A stretch of DNA of 64,000 bases from an uncultured Succinivibrio sp. (GCA_900754255.1 CAAECI010000094.1:365-64364); one strand, 5' to 3'. Positions 50,095 to 61,537 are shown, counted from the stretch's first letter. Numbers and translations: made by a program. Notes: generated by a model not told the origin, from the sequence alone.

Positions 50095-51603
50095 GTGCAA
50101 TCAAATCAAGATCCCGCAATCACCGGCCAAGGCGGTCTCAAGCGCTCCTTCGGTCTGTGTGAAGCTATTACCATCACCGCCGGATCCGTGATCGGCGTAG
50201 GTTTGTTTACCGTCGGCTCAAATGTAGTCGGTACATTGGGGGCCGCTGTGATCCTGGCAACGCTGGTGGCACTTGTGATCAGCGTCTACCCGGCCATGCT
50301 GTACGCAGAAATGGGAGCCGCCCTGCCCTATGCCGGCGGTACCTATCAGTTCGCCTCTCTGGGCTTAGGTCGCGCTGCCGGCATGCTGGCAGGCTGGAAC
50401 TTCATCATCTCGCTGGTGGCGGTCACCGGAGGTGAGGCTCTGGCCTTCTCTTACTATTTCAAGACCTTACTCTCCGCTTTGGGTATAGATCTTGAAATGT
50501 CCGACGTAATGCTGGCCTCACTCGTTTGTGCCGCCTTTATCATTGCCAACGTTTTCGGCGTTAAATTTACCGGCAGATTGCAAAACGGTTTTATGTTTTT
50601 CTTCTGGGGTGTGGCCGTGATCTGGTTTTTAACCATGATCCCCAATATTCATCTGCCTTACTTTGTTAAGGCGCCCGAATTTCTGGATTTTAGCGGTGAA
50701 GCAAGCTTCATGTCCCAGGTTTGCCTGATATGGTGGTGCTTTGCCGGCTTCGAGGCCTGTGTAGCCATGGGTGAGGAAATACGCTTCCCCCGCATCACGC
50801 TACCGCGTGCGCTCTTTTTAGCTCCCTTTGTAGTCTTTGCCGTCAATGCCCTCTTCCAGTGGTATCTGGTCGGCATCACTCCGGCCGAGGAGCTTAAGGC
50901 CATTGCCGAGGCCGACGCCCCCTTTGCGCAGGCCATGATGTCTGCGGGGATCTTAGGCTTCCCGCTTATATTGCTGGCTGCCGGCATCGCCTTCGGCGGT
51001 GATTTCTCCACCCTGAACGCCTCGATCGCAACGCCCCCTCGTTATCTTTTTACTATGGCTCGCGACGGCTCCATGCCCAAGATCTTTGCAAAGGTCTCCA
51101 AGCGTTATCAGACCCCCTATGTGGCGGTGATTTCCTTAGGCCTGCTCTCAATTGCACTGGTAGCCTCGAACTCACTCATCTACATTGCCTCCCTGTCTTT
51201 GTTTGCCGATCTCTTTTACTACGTAATCGGCATCATCGCTGCTTTGGCCCTGCGCAAGCGCCGCCCCGATCTTATCCGTACCTATAAAGCCCCCTTCATC
51301 AGCATAGGAGCGCCGATCTCCGCTCTCATCTACCTCTATATGATGACCGAGCTGGATGTCGACGCATTCATAACCGGAGCCGCTTGGTGCGTATTGGGGC
51401 TTGCCGTGTACTTCATCTGCAAGGCTAAATACGGTAAGGCCGGTGAATTTAAGCTGGATATGAAGATCTCAGGCGCAGATGAGATCCCCACCGCCGCAGA
51501 AAGAGCTCACCTCGATCGTGAGTATCTGACCTGGAGGATCGTGGTAGGAACAGCCTGTATCCTTGCCGTCTGCCTGTTCGCCGTACCCTTTGTTTTTGCG
51601 TAA
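50095..51603 (+). CDS. APC-superfamily amino-acid permease
   Basis: 12-TM profile with an APC signature region (FGLCEAITITAGSVIGVGLF). GTG start with a GGGG RBS; the ORF-track N-terminus is probably spurious. Confidence 0.75.
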   Translation: MQSNQDPAITGQGGLKRSFGLCEAITITAGSVIGVGLFTVGSNVVGTLGAAVILATLVALVISVYPAMLYAEMGAALPYAGGTYQFASLGLGRAAGMLAGWNFIISLVAVTGGEALAFSYYFKTLLSALGIDLEMSDVMLASLVCAAFIIANVFGVKFTGRLQNGFMFFFWGVAVIWFLTMIPNIHLPYFVKAPEFLDFSGEASFMSQVCLIWWCFAGFEACVAMGEEIRFPRITLPRALFLAPFVVFAVNALFQWYLVGITPAEELKAIAEADAPFAQAMMSAGILGFPLILLAAGIAFGGDFSTLNASIATPPRYLFTMARDGSMPKIFAKVSKRYQTPYVAVISLGLLSIALVASNSLIYIASLSLFADLFYYVIGIIAALALRKRRPDLIRTYKAPFISIGAPISALIYLYMMTELDVDAFITGAAWCVLGLAVYFICKAKYGKAGEFKLDMKISGADEIPTAAERAHLDREYLTWRIVVGTACILAVCLFAVPFVFA

Positions 51604-51664
51604 GGGATAAATAAGCTTAAGGGGGCGTATAACGCCCCCCTTCTTTTTTCCATGTCCTATAAGA

Positions 51665-52717
51665 TTAATTTGCCTTACGAGCTTCCATCTCCAGCTCATG
51701 CAAAGCCTGTCGCAGTATCCAAGCCTTAGCAGGATATTTATGCAGATAACGACGGCGCACGTATTCTGATTTTTTGATAAAGGGCTCAGTGTCAGGCTCT
51801 ATGATCTTGACCCTGCCCTTGTGGCGAAGTCGCGACAAATCTATGTTTTCAAGCTCGGCCGTAAGCTCGCTTACGAAGGTCCCGGCCTTAACGGCCTCGT
51901 CCTTCACGATCCCGCGCTCGCTTTCGCTTAATTTATCCCACACAGCATATGACATAAGTAATACATAATTCATGCGCGCATGACTGGTAATGGAAAGATA
52001 ATGCATGTAATCATCGAGATGATTGGACACGATCATGGATACGGGTAGCATGATCCCGTCCAAATAACCGTGCTTTACGGCATATACTCCGCTCGTGAAG
52101 GACATCTCACAGGGCTCGGCATTCATAGCAAAAAGATAATCCTCATCGGGCCCCGGACCGCGTACCCAAAATCTTTGTCCCTCCATATCCTCAGGCGAAT
52201 ACACGGGACGGTCACGCATCAGGATCTGTAAATACCCGCCGTACCATACGTCAAGACCGACCAGATGCGAGGCCACCACGGGAAAATTTTTGAGGCCGTT
52301 TTTTATAATGGGATTGCCGGGCTGCATGATGGTTTCAAAGGAGGCAGGCTGCATCAAAAACGGCACACCCAGAAGCTCAATACCCGGATCCTGTGTTCTT
52401 AAACGGTTAACCGGAACCAAGGACAGATCCAAAGTATTCACTACGGTATTTAGTACTATGTCCGAATTAACGGCTGACGGAGAAAAAAGATTTTGCTCGA
52501 TCAAAATCATCCCGCCCGTTCTTGTTGCGACGTTCTTGGCAAACTGCCTTAGGGCCTCGACGAAGGGGGAGTATGAATTGTCCTCAAGCGCATAGTGCAA
52601 TATCAAAGGCTCGGTACGCTCGGGTACGCTTTTTTTTTCGCCGCCACCCGAGCAACCCGTGCAAACAAGCAAAAGCCCCAACGCTAAAACAAGGGCTGAA
52701 AGAGACGATCTGAACAT
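51665..52717 (-). CDS. TRAP-transporter solute-binding lipoprotein (DctP family). Orphan; no dctQM nearby.
   Basis: Lipobox LVCTGC. DctP-like motifs (LGVPFLMQ, EDMEGQRFWVRG, HGYLDGIMLPVS...H). Confidence 0.65.
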   Translation of the reverse strand: MFRSSLSALVLALGLLLVCTGCSGGGEKKSVPERTEPLILHYALEDNSYSPFVEALRQFAKNVATRTGGMILIEQNLFSPSAVNSDIVLNTVVNTLDLSLVPVNRLRTQDPGIELLGVPFLMQPASFETIMQPGNPIIKNGLKNFPVVASHLVGLDVWYGGYLQILMRDRPVYSPEDMEGQRFWVRGPGPDEDYLFAMNAEPCEMSFTSGVYAVKHGYLDGIMLPVSMIVSNHLDDYMHYLSITSHARMNYVLLMSYAVWDKLSESERGIVKDEAVKAGTFVSELTAELENIDLSRLRHKGRVKIIEPDTEPFIKKSEYVRRRYLHKYPAKAWILRQALHELEMEARKAN

Positions 52718-52855
52718 GATGTATGTAGTTATTAACGCAATTTATTAAATCCTACGGATACGAAATCGCCGCTCGTTTAAGGCACGGCTTAAGACGAAAT
52801 CTGCAACCTCATCGGAGATGCTTGTACCCTCTTTCCTGCATTAACGTAAAGAAGA

Positions 52856-54283
52856 TCAGCCGGGAATGATCATGCCCTCGTCACGCATTTTGGCTATCTT
52901 ATAACGCAATGTACGCGGACTTATCCCGAGCTTTTCGGCCACGGCCTGACGGTTTCCGTGCAGCTCTATGAGCGCATCCAAAATGATCTGAAATTCCTGC
53001 TGCTTAAGCTCCCCTCCCAAATTGGCAGGGATCCTTTGAGTACGCAAAGGATCATTTAATGCGCCGTCCGCGTCGTCGGGGACGTCAGTATCCTGACGCT
53101 CCTCCAGCACGGGAGCGACAAGTGAGTCATCACTGCCCTGCAGGGCCTCATCAAGTCCCTGCTCATCAAAAATAATATCGCCCTCGCTCACACTCTTGCC
53201 GTTACATAAAATAAGCGCACGCTGCACTATATTGTCAAGCTCACGCACGTTGCCCGGGAATGAATAGCCGCTTAATTTGGCACTTGCAGCATCGCTTATT
53301 TCAGGAATAGCCTGATTCATTTCGCGAGCATGTTTTTCCAGCAAAAAGCGGGCGATTGGAACTATATCCAAGGGACGATCCTTAAGAGCCCTCCAGTGTA
53401 AGGGGAAAACGTTAAGGCGATAATAGAGATCCTCTCTGAATTTATGCTCGGCCACGGCCTGACGCAGATCACGATTTGAGGTTGCAATCACGCGTACGTC
53501 CAAAGCTATGCTCTTTCTTGATCCCAAACGCTCCACCTCTCGTTCCTGCAGAACGCGCAGCAATTTAGCCTGCAGGCTGAGATCCATCTCGGTGATCTCG
53601 TCCAAAAGTATGGTTCCGCCCTGAGCCTGCTCGAATTTGCCGGGACAAGCCTGCACCGCGCCCGTAAAAGCGCCCTTCTCATACCCGAACAGTGTTGATT
53701 CAAGCATGGTATCGGGAATGGCCGCACAGTTGATGGCGACAAAGGGACCGCCGGCTCGAGGCGATTTGTCATGCACGTAGCGCGACAAAATTTCTTTACC
53801 CGATCCTGAAGGTCCCGTGATCATAACGGTGGCATCGCTTAAGGCTACCTTAGCCGCCAGCTTTAACAGCTCACCTGTGGACGGATCCTTCCATACGGGC
53901 TCGCCCTTTACCACATATTTAACCGGAACATAGCGTGAGACCTGATTTAGCAATACCTCCGGAGCAAAGGGCTTTGACAGATAGTCCACCGCTCCGTCAC
54001 GCATGGCCGCTACCGCTCCGTTGATATTGGCATACGCGGTCATGAGCAGTACCGGCACGGAGGGGTATTTTTCATGAATGCTGTTTAAAAGCTTATGCCC
54101 GTCCATACCGTCCATCTGAACGTCGGTGATGACCATATCGGCCACACGGCGCGAGAGGATCTGCAACGCTTCCTCGCCCGATCCTGCCTCCACGCAGGCA
54201 TAACCTGCCAGCATCAGCGTATCGCAAATGGCCTCACGCAAACTGCTGTCGTCATCAACTATCAGGATCTGGCTTTGGCTCAT
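52856..54283 (-). CDS. flrC: sigma54-dependent response regulator (FlrC/FleR-like)
   Basis: REC domain (IVDDD...DVQMDGMDG). AAA+ with GAFTGA (YEKGAFTGA). C-terminal HTH. Confidence 0.8.
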   Translation of the reverse strand: MSQSQILIVDDDSSLREAICDTLMLAGYACVEAGSGEEALQILSRRVADMVITDVQMDGMDGHKLLNSIHEKYPSVPVLLMTAYANINGAVAAMRDGAVDYLSKPFAPEVLLNQVSRYVPVKYVVKGEPVWKDPSTGELLKLAAKVALSDATVMITGPSGSGKEILSRYVHDKSPRAGGPFVAINCAAIPDTMLESTLFGYEKGAFTGAVQACPGKFEQAQGGTILLDEITEMDLSLQAKLLRVLQEREVERLGSRKSIALDVRVIATSNRDLRQAVAEHKFREDLYYRLNVFPLHWRALKDRPLDIVPIARFLLEKHAREMNQAIPEISDAASAKLSGYSFPGNVRELDNIVQRALILCNGKSVSEGDIIFDEQGLDEALQGSDDSLVAPVLEERQDTDVPDDADGALNDPLRTQRIPANLGGELKQQEFQIILDALIELHGNRQAVAEKLGISPRTLRYKIAKMRDEGMIIPG

Positions 54284-54302
54284 GTTATTTCCTCAATTAC
54301 CC

Positions 54303-55307
54303 TCAGGCAGCCTCCGTAGAATTAGGCTCACCCTGCTTTATATATTCGGGGATCATAAGTGAAAACACCACCGGATAGGCGGGGGTTTCACCCAGCTCGA
54401 GACGACCGTGATGAACGCGCACGACCGCCGCCACCACCGCAAGTCCCAAGCCGGTACCGTTGCTCTTGGTGGTATAGAAGGGCTCGAAGATCTTTTTCCT
54501 CATATCCTCGGGGATCGCGGGACCGTTATTGGCCACCTGCAAAACGATCATATCCTTTTCCTTTCTGAGCACTATTTTAACCTTTTTGGCTCCGGCTTCG
54601 ACGGCATTGGCCACAAGATTTGAAAGAGCCCCGGACAGGGCCGTATTATTTCCCAAAATATGCATGGGAGGCTCCCCGATCTCGGTTGCAAGTTCGGCTC
54701 CGGCACGGGTGATCACGCTTTGCACGGAGGAGATGCAGTCGTTTACCAAATCCACCGCCTCGATGCAACTTACGCTTTGGGCATCCGAACGGGCATACAT
54801 CAGAATATCGGATACCTGGGCCTCAAGAGCCTCCAAACGGGACATAAGCTTTTTCTGGAAGGCATTGCGCGACTGCGAAGGGAGACGCGGATTGGCCAAA
54901 TTTGCTGCATACAGCATTGCCGCCGACAGCGGGGTTCTGATCTGATGCGCAAGCGAGGCCGCCATACGTCCGAGAGATGACAAACGCTCCATGTGACGCA
55001 ACTTGTCCGACATTTCGCGACTGGCGGTAAGATCATTCATCTGTACCAGCTGACCGTGAGATAAGGGGGTTGTCAGCACCTGCAGCTTTTTACCGTCGCG
55101 AGTTGAGATCTCCTGACCGTCATCCTTCTGCGGACGAAACACGGCCTGAATAATCTCATACCAATGTCGCCCCTCCAAGGTAGCCTCCCCCAGCATCTCC
55201 AAAGCGGCGGCATTGGCCTTATTCACTACGCCGTGCTCATCCAAAATAACTACGGCCGCAGGGATCTTTGAAAAGACCTCGGAAAATAATTCTTGCTCGG
55301 TTGCCAT
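54303..55307 (-). CDS. flrB: cytoplasmic PAS-histidine kinase (FlrB/FleS-like)
   Basis: PAS region, H-box (SLAHQIRTPLS), HATPase N/G boxes (NAVEAG; GTGLGLAV). No TM segments. Confidence 0.7.
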   Translation of the reverse strand: MATEQELFSEVFSKIPAAVVILDEHGVVNKANAAALEMLGEATLEGRHWYEIIQAVFRPQKDDGQEISTRDGKKLQVLTTPLSHGQLVQMNDLTASREMSDKLRHMERLSSLGRMAASLAHQIRTPLSAAMLYAANLANPRLPSQSRNAFQKKLMSRLEALEAQVSDILMYARSDAQSVSCIEAVDLVNDCISSVQSVITRAGAELATEIGEPPMHILGNNTALSGALSNLVANAVEAGAKKVKIVLRKEKDMIVLQVANNGPAIPEDMRKKIFEPFYTTKSNGTGLGLAVVAAVVRVHHGRLELGETPAYPVVFSLMIPEYIKQGEPNSTEAA

Positions 55308-55399
55308 AAACGCCTCGATATATTTACTGATGTATACAACGAGTGTTACAACAACCGTGCCAACTTATTTAATAATAACCTATTGTTTATAAACAGTTT

Positions 55400-56296
55400 T
55401 TAATGTGTCAATTTTTTGTTGAGCAAAATCTCCGCAAATATTCGGGCCTGAGGAGACAAAACCGAGGAAGCCCGACGACAAAGCTTTACCGACCAGGCGG
55501 GGGTGCCGACGGGGCTTATGAAGCGCAGATCCGCAGGGATTTGCGCTTTAAAGCCCGCCACCGCATATTTTTCACCGGCACCGCGCAGCAGGCTTAAGGC
55601 ATGATCGAGCTCAACGTAGGTACCGGCATTGTTTACGGCACTGGACGCACTGCATAAAAAATCCTTAAAGAATTGAAATTCGCGTTCATCCTCTCCGTTT
55701 AATATATAAAAATCCGAAAGTTCCTCGGCACTGCAGTGTTTTCCTGCAGCTAACGGCGAGGCGGTCGTGACATAAAAGCCTGGTTCGACTAGGCTCTTTG
55801 TGCCGGGCACACTCTCGCATTGCAGATCCCACATATCAATGAACTCGGGAACCAATACGAAATCACAGGTGCCCTTATCCACCGCATCATAAAGTGCACA
55901 GCAACCGTTTTTACGGATCACGATCTCAGTATGGACATGCTCAGCCTTGATTTGCGCCGCAGCTCTCCCCACCGCTTCTAAGGCTGCACCGGCACCCGCA
56001 CTTACACCTATGTAGACGTTACCTGAGATGCATTCCTCGCTTTTTAGCTCGCACGCCGTCTTCTCGGATAAAAGCAGGATCTCCTCGGCTCTGTGACGCA
56101 GGATCGCTCCCTTTTCGGTAAGAGTCAGGGTACGACCGCGACAGCCGCGATTGAAAAGCTTAATGTGAAACTCGCTTTCAAGCTCCTGAAGCTGACGAGA
56201 AAGCGTAGGCTGAGTCACTCCGAGCCTGCTTGCCGCCGAGGAAATATTTCCCTCGCGCGCCACCGTCAGAAAATACCTCAGCACGCGCAGATCCAT
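55400..56296 (-). CDS. LysR-family transcriptional regulator
   Basis: N-terminal wHTH (DLRVLRYFLTVAREGNISSAA..LGVTQPTLSRQLQELE) plus a substrate-binding domain. Confidence 0.85.
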   Translation of the reverse strand: MDLRVLRYFLTVAREGNISSAASRLGVTQPTLSRQLQELESEFHIKLFNRGCRGRTLTLTEKGAILRHRAEEILLLSEKTACELKSEECISGNVYIGVSAGAGAALEAVGRAAAQIKAEHVHTEIVIRKNGCCALYDAVDKGTCDFVLVPEFIDMWDLQCESVPGTKSLVEPGFYVTTASPLAAGKHCSAEELSDFYILNGEDEREFQFFKDFLCSASSAVNNAGTYVELDHALSLLRGAGEKYAVAGFKAQIPADLRFISPVGTPAWSVKLCRRASSVLSPQARIFAEILLNKKLTH

Positions 56297-56399
56297 GCGC
56301 CCCTCCTTCTAAAACTAATTCGTTACAGCATAGCACAAGAGCGCTATTTACCGGTTTTAGGGCTTATACCTAATCTCAAAAAGTAAACGCCCAAACGCA

Positions 56400-56432
56400 A
56401 AAAAGCCCCCGTAATTGCTTACGGAGACTTTT
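56400..56432 (-). terminator. terminator downstream of purL
   Basis: Minus strand CTCCGTAA-GCAA-TTACGGGGGC followed by TTTTTTG. Confidence 0.5.
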
Positions 56433-56466
56433 TTTCATCACAGTTGGCGACGCCCGTCAGATCTTA

Positions 56467-59400
56467 TCAACCGACGAAGACACGGGCGTTTCTAAACACA
56501 CGCATCCAGGGGCTGTCCTCACCCCACTCGTCGGGATGCCAGGAATTTGCCACGGTACGCATTACGCGCTCGGGATGAGGCATGAGCACGGTGAAACGAC
56601 CGTCCGGAGTGGTAACGGAGGTAATACCCTCGGGCGAACCGTTGGGATTTAAAGGATAGGTCGTGGCGATCTTACCCTTGTGATCGATATAACGCACGGC
56701 CGCAAGTCCCTGAGCATTTAAGGCCTTAAGCTGCTCCTGCGACGCGAACTCAGCGCGACCCTCCCCGTGAGATACGACTATGGGCATCCTTGATCCGGAC
56801 ATACCGGCAAAGAGTACCGAGGGGCTGTCTTGGATCTCAACCTCTACGAAACGGGCCTCAAAGCGCTCGGACAAATTGGTCACGAAGCGCGGCCAATTTT
56901 CAGCACCGGGGATCAGATCCTTGAGGGTGGACATCATCTGGCAGCCGTTGCAAACACCCAAGGCGAAGGTATCCTTACGCTCGAAGAACTTCGAGAAGGT
57001 CTCCGCTCCGCGACTTGAGAAAAGCACGGACTTGGCCCAGCCCTCACCGGCGCCTAAAACGTCGCCGTAGGAGAAGCCGCCGCAGGCGGCAAAGCCCTTG
57101 AACTCCTTAAGATCGCAATCTCCCGAAAGTATGTCGCTCATATGTACGTCGACACAGGTAAAGCCCGCACGATCAAAGGCCGCAGCCATTTCTCCCTGAG
57201 AATTGACTCCCTCCTCACGCAGTACGGCCAGCTTGGGACGCAGACCCTTACTGATATAAGGTGCCGCCACATCCTCACTCACATTGAAGCTTAAATCGGC
57301 GAACAAACCGCGATCCTCGTCGTTGCTCTTATCGGCAAACTCCTCCTTTGCACACTCAGGATTGTCACGCAGGGCCTGCATACGGTAGGTGGTTTCACCC
57401 CAAATAGTTCTGAAGTAACCGCGCTTTTGGTTGATTACGTCCGCACCGTCGCGTATGAAGATCACGCGATCCTCATCATTCAAGGTTCCGAGATCGAAGG
57501 AACAGCTGGCAAGACCGTGTCCCGACAAAATGTTGAGTACGGTTTCGGCATCCTCGGTACGAACCTGCATGACGGCACCGGGCTCCTCGTTAAAGAGTAC
57601 GGCCAGATTATCCTGACCGAGCTGGCTGATATCGGCGGTAAAGCCGCAGTGACCGGCAAAGCTCATTTCACACAATGTCACGAAGAGACCACCGTCTGAA
57701 ATATCGTGATAAGCCAAAAGTTTACCGTGACGATTCAAGAACTGTACGGCATCAAAAAGTCCCTTCAGACGGGAAGGCTGATCAAGATCGGCACACTTGT
57801 CACCAAGCTGTCTGTATACCTGAGTCAAAGCCGAGCCGCCGAGGCGATTGCGGCGATCGCCCAGATCCACATAAATAAGGCGCGTATCGCCCAGATCGTT
57901 TCTAAGCTGCGGAGTTAAGGTCTTTCTTACGTCCTCTACGCGGGCAAAGGCCGACACCACCAGCGACATGGGGGAAGTTACGGATTTTTCCTTGCCGTCC
58001 TCCGTCCAGGTGGTACGCATGGACATGGAATCCTTACCTACGGGGGTGGAGATCCCAAGTACCGGGCACAATTCCTCACCCAGAGTCTTTACGGCCTCGT
58101 AAAGACCGGCATCGTCACCCAGATGTCCGTTGGGGCTCATCCAGTTGGCCGAGAGCTTCACGCGATTTAACTCGCCTATATCGGCGGCGGCGATGTTGGT
58201 TACGGCCTCAGCGATGGCAAGACGTACGGAAGCCTTGTGATCAAGCAAAGCCACCTGTGGACGCTCGCCGATGGCTCCGGCCTCACCGTGATAGCTGTCA
58301 TAGGAGGCACAGGTCACGCCCACGTCGGCTACTGGTACCTGCCAAGGACCCACCATCTGATCACGGGCCACAAGTCCGGTCACGGAGCGATCGCCTATGG
58401 TAATGAGGAAGGTCTTTTCGGCAACGGTGGGCAGACGCAGCACACGCTCGCAGGCCTCAAGCAGATCGACGTTTTGGGTATCGAAGGGCTTGGAGGAATG
58501 CTTGGCGCTCTTGACGTTCTTCACCATGCGCGGAGGCTTGCCGAGCAGGATCTCAAGCGGCAGATCGATGGGGGTGTTGCCGAAGTATTCGTCATGCACA
58601 ACCACACGACGTTCGGCCGTGGCGGTGCCGATGATCGCATATTGAGCACGCTCGCGTTTGCAGAAATTCTCGAAGGTTTCCAAATTCTCGGGCATGACGG
58701 CCAATACATAGCGCTCCTGTGACTCATTGCACCAGATCTGCAAAGGAGACATGCCGGGCTCGTCATTGGGCACCTTACGCAATTCAAACTCACCGCCTAC
58801 GCCGCCGTCGGCCACCAGCTCGGGCATGGCGTTGGACAATCCGCCCGCTCCCACGTCATGTATAAACATGATGGGATTGTTTTCCCCGAGCTCCCAGCAG
58901 GCATCGATCACCTCCTGACAGCGACGCTGCATCTCGGGGTTGCCACGCTGTACGGAAGCAAAATCCAAGCTTTCTGAGGAAGCACCCGAATTCATGGAGG
59001 AAGCCGCACCGCCGCCGAGACCGATGTTCATGGCAGGACCGCCCAAAACGATCAGCTTGGCACCGGGATCAATGTGATCCTTGTGAATGTGCTCGCGGCG
59101 AATATTACCCCAGCCGCCTGCCAGCATAATGGGCTTGTGATAGCCACGCACCTCGCGACCGTTGAAGCTGTCGACCTCTTCCTCGTAGGTTCTGAAATAA
59201 CCGCAAAGATTGGGACGGCCGAATTCGTTATTGAAGGAAGCGGCGCCTAAAGGTCCCTCAATCATGATCTGCAAAGCCGAGGCCAGACGGTCGGGCTTGC
59301 CGAAATCATGCTCCCAGGGCTGTACGGCACCCGGTATACGCAGATTTGACACCGTAAAGCCACAAATGCCGGCCTTGGGCTTGGAGCCTACGCCGGTTGC

Positions 59401-60360
59401 ACCCTCATCGCGGATCTCACCGCCTGAGCCTGTGGCTGCCCCGGGGAAAGGGGAAATGGCGGTGGGATGGTTATGGGTTTCAACCTTCATGAGTATGGGC
59501 ATATCCTCCTCATGATAGGTATACACATGATCGGGATTGGGGAAGAAACGGCCGGCCTTGGATCCTTCCATAACGGCGGCGTTGTCTTTATAGGCCGACA
59601 GTACATAATCCGGAGTTTTCTCGGTGGAATTACGTACCATCTTGAAAAGGGATTTTTCCTTATGCTCGCCGTCTATGGTCCAATCGGCGTTGAAGACCTT
59701 ATGGCGGCAGTGCTCGGAGTTCATCTGTCCGAACATGTACAGTTCAACGTCGGTAGGATCGCGTCCCAAATTCTTGAAGCTGTCCATGAGATATTCCATC
59801 TCAGGCTCGTTTAAGGCAAGTCCCAGCTCGACATTGGCCTTACGTATGGCCTCCATACCCTCGGTGGTCAGAGCCACGGTCTTAAAGGGGGCGGGAGTCT
59901 GCTTGTCAAAGACGGCCGCAGCCTCCTCAACGGTATCAAGCACGGTCTCCATCATACGATCGTGAATGAGCGCACTTATGGCCTTGCGCTCTGCGGCGTC
60001 GAATTTACCTTCCTCTTTTGCAATGTAATAGGCAATACCGCGTTCGACACGACGGATCTTGGTCAGTCCGCAGTTTTTGGCAATGTCGGTAGCCTTTGAG
60101 GACCAGGGAGAAATGGTCCCCACGCGCGGGATCACCATAAAGAGCTCGCCTTGATCCTCGCTTTCGACGTTTTTAGGACCATAGGTCAGAAGCTTACTTA
60201 AAACCTCGGTTTCGTCAGCACTGAGAGGTTCGGCGGCGTCATAAAAATGAACGTAATGAGTGGTAATCGATGAAACTTTAAGGCCTGCGCCTACAAATTC
60301 CTGCTTGAGTTTATCGAGTCTGAAATCCGATAGGGCACGAGAGCCGCGCATGATTTGCAT
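56467..60360 (-). CDS. purL: phosphoribosylformylglycinamidine synthase (large PurL)
   Basis: 1297-aa single-chain FGAM synthetase colinear with E. coli PurL, including the C-terminal glutaminase domain (GVCNGCQ). Confidence 0.95.
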   Translation of the reverse strand: MQIMRGSRALSDFRLDKLKQEFVGAGLKVSSITTHYVHFYDAAEPLSADETEVLSKLLTYGPKNVESEDQGELFMVIPRVGTISPWSSKATDIAKNCGLTKIRRVERGIAYYIAKEEGKFDAAERKAISALIHDRMMETVLDTVEEAAAVFDKQTPAPFKTVALTTEGMEAIRKANVELGLALNEPEMEYLMDSFKNLGRDPTDVELYMFGQMNSEHCRHKVFNADWTIDGEHKEKSLFKMVRNSTEKTPDYVLSAYKDNAAVMEGSKAGRFFPNPDHVYTYHEEDMPILMKVETHNHPTAISPFPGAATGSGGEIRDEGATGVGSKPKAGICGFTVSNLRIPGAVQPWEHDFGKPDRLASALQIMIEGPLGAASFNNEFGRPNLCGYFRTYEEEVDSFNGREVRGYHKPIMLAGGWGNIRREHIHKDHIDPGAKLIVLGGPAMNIGLGGGAASSMNSGASSESLDFASVQRGNPEMQRRCQEVIDACWELGENNPIMFIHDVGAGGLSNAMPELVADGGVGGEFELRKVPNDEPGMSPLQIWCNESQERYVLAVMPENLETFENFCKRERAQYAIIGTATAERRVVVHDEYFGNTPIDLPLEILLGKPPRMVKNVKSAKHSSKPFDTQNVDLLEACERVLRLPTVAEKTFLITIGDRSVTGLVARDQMVGPWQVPVADVGVTCASYDSYHGEAGAIGERPQVALLDHKASVRLAIAEAVTNIAAADIGELNRVKLSANWMSPNGHLGDDAGLYEAVKTLGEELCPVLGISTPVGKDSMSMRTTWTEDGKEKSVTSPMSLVVSAFARVEDVRKTLTPQLRNDLGDTRLIYVDLGDRRNRLGGSALTQVYRQLGDKCADLDQPSRLKGLFDAVQFLNRHGKLLAYHDISDGGLFVTLCEMSFAGHCGFTADISQLGQDNLAVLFNEEPGAVMQVRTEDAETVLNILSGHGLASCSFDLGTLNDEDRVIFIRDGADVINQKRGYFRTIWGETTYRMQALRDNPECAKEEFADKSNDEDRGLFADLSFNVSEDVAAPYISKGLRPKLAVLREEGVNSQGEMAAAFDRAGFTCVDVHMSDILSGDCDLKEFKGFAACGGFSYGDVLGAGEGWAKSVLFSSRGAETFSKFFERKDTFALGVCNGCQMMSTLKDLIPGAENWPRFVTNLSERFEARFVEVEIQDSPSVLFAGMSGSRMPIVVSHGEGRAEFASQEQLKALNAQGLAAVRYIDHKGKIATTYPLNPNGSPEGITSVTTPDGRFTVLMPHPERVMRTVANSWHPDEWGEDSPWMRVFRNARVFVG

Positions 60361-60825
60361 AGTATGAAAGATCCCGCATACGATGAATGATAAGGATGAC
60401 GCTGTGACGGCCTTTAACGCACCGCCAAAGCCTTCGCCGCAAAGATAAAAAACGGCTTAATTATTTTAACACACGTAGTAAGCTTACGTGTGTCCGCACG
60501 ATCCCATTGCACCGTCACCATATATATCTTTATTTCCGAAAAAGAGGCGGAAACTTCAATAAAGACGGTATGTTGCACGATGCCGGAAGCGGCAAACGAT
60601 CTTTAAATATGATTAACATCGGCATGATCTGTGTCCGCACGGAAACAATAAGGAGGATCATGGCCGTTGCCCGCAGATTGATCGGCTATGGAAAATCGGA
60701 CACACTTTTCTTATTCACCTTGGATGGGCAACGGTTTTATGTTCTTTATTGAACAACGTAAAGTGAAGTTGCGTTATAATCGTCTCGTAACTAGTTGAAA
60801 AATATCAGACGAGAAGCAAAATAAA

Positions 60826-60966
60826 ATGAAAAGATCATCCCACCTCGCCCGTCGTATGACGGCCCTTAACCGTACCAGACGCCGTCGTATCTTCATGCGC
60901 GCCGTCAAGGCCAGACGCCTTGCCCGTCAGGAAGTTTTCTTTATGCAGGAAGATCCCAAGAATTAA
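60826..60966 (+). CDS. possible small Arg-rich protein (46 aa), unverified
   Basis: ATG with an AAGCAAAATAAA leader. Followed 55 nt later by a clean rho-independent terminator. No recognisable family. Confidence 0.25.
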   Translation: MKRSSHLARRMTALNRTRRRRIFMRAVKARRLARQEVFFMQEDPKN

Positions 60967-61020
60967 TTTATTGGCACTCTCTTTGCTTACAACAGTATGC
61001 AGAGAATCAAAAAAGCGAAA

Positions 61021-61046
61021 AAGCGGCAGTTTTCTGCCGCTTTTTG
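61021..61046 (+). terminator. rho-independent terminator upstream of fliS
   Basis: GCGGCAG-TTTT-CTGCCGC plus T5. Confidence 0.7.
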
Positions 61047-61063
61047 TTTGCAAGGAGAGAAAA

Positions 61064-61537
61064 ATGTATAACCGCAGGAATCTCGACGCCTACCGCAAAA
61101 ACAGCGTCAGAGCCGAGCTTTCGGTAGCCGATCCCTACACCATCACGAAAATGCTGTTTCAGGGAGCCTTCGAGCGTCTCATGCAGGCCAAGGGAGCCAT
61201 TGAGCACGGGGATCTGGAGCTTAAGGGACGCAAACTCTCGTCCGCCTCCGTGATCATTGAAAATCTGCGCTCCACTTTGGACTTTAAGATCAATAAGGAG
61301 CTTGCCCAAAGGCTGTTTGATCTCTACACCTACGTCATCGACCGTATTGCCGATGCCTCGGTGGAGGTAAGTCTTGCCCCCATTGATGCCGCACTGAAGG
61401 TCCTCATCCCCCTAAAATCAGCCTGGGACAGTATTCCTCTCACCGAGCAGCAAAAGGCCGCACAGCAAAGAATGTCCGTACAAAGCGACGCCGTTGCCGT
61501 TACCGGAACGGGCGCAATTGCCAGCGGTGCGGTATGA
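61064..61537 (+). CDS. fliS: flagellar export chaperone FliS
   Basis: FliS pattern (AY...SV..A.PY.LI.MLFQGA...L..A..AI...D...K......A..II..L...LD...G.E.A..L..LY.Y). AAGGAG RBS. Confidence 0.8.
   Translation: MYNRRNLDAYRKNSVRAELSVADPYTITKMLFQGAFERLMQAKGAIEHGDLELKGRKLSSASVIIENLRSTLDFKINKELAQRLFDLYTYVIDRIADASVEVSLAPIDAALKVLIPLKSAWDSIPLTEQQKAAQQRMSVQSDAVAVTGTGAIASGAV

Noticed and set aside
56780-59965. Multiple 60-160-aa ORFs on both strands inside purL
   Set aside because: All are embedded in, or antisense to, a 1297-aa gene with full-length homology. They are GC-rich frame artefacts.
60507-60752. 81-aa ORF upstream of purL
   Set aside because: No RBS and odd composition. It lies in the purL promoter/leader region and is likely non-coding.
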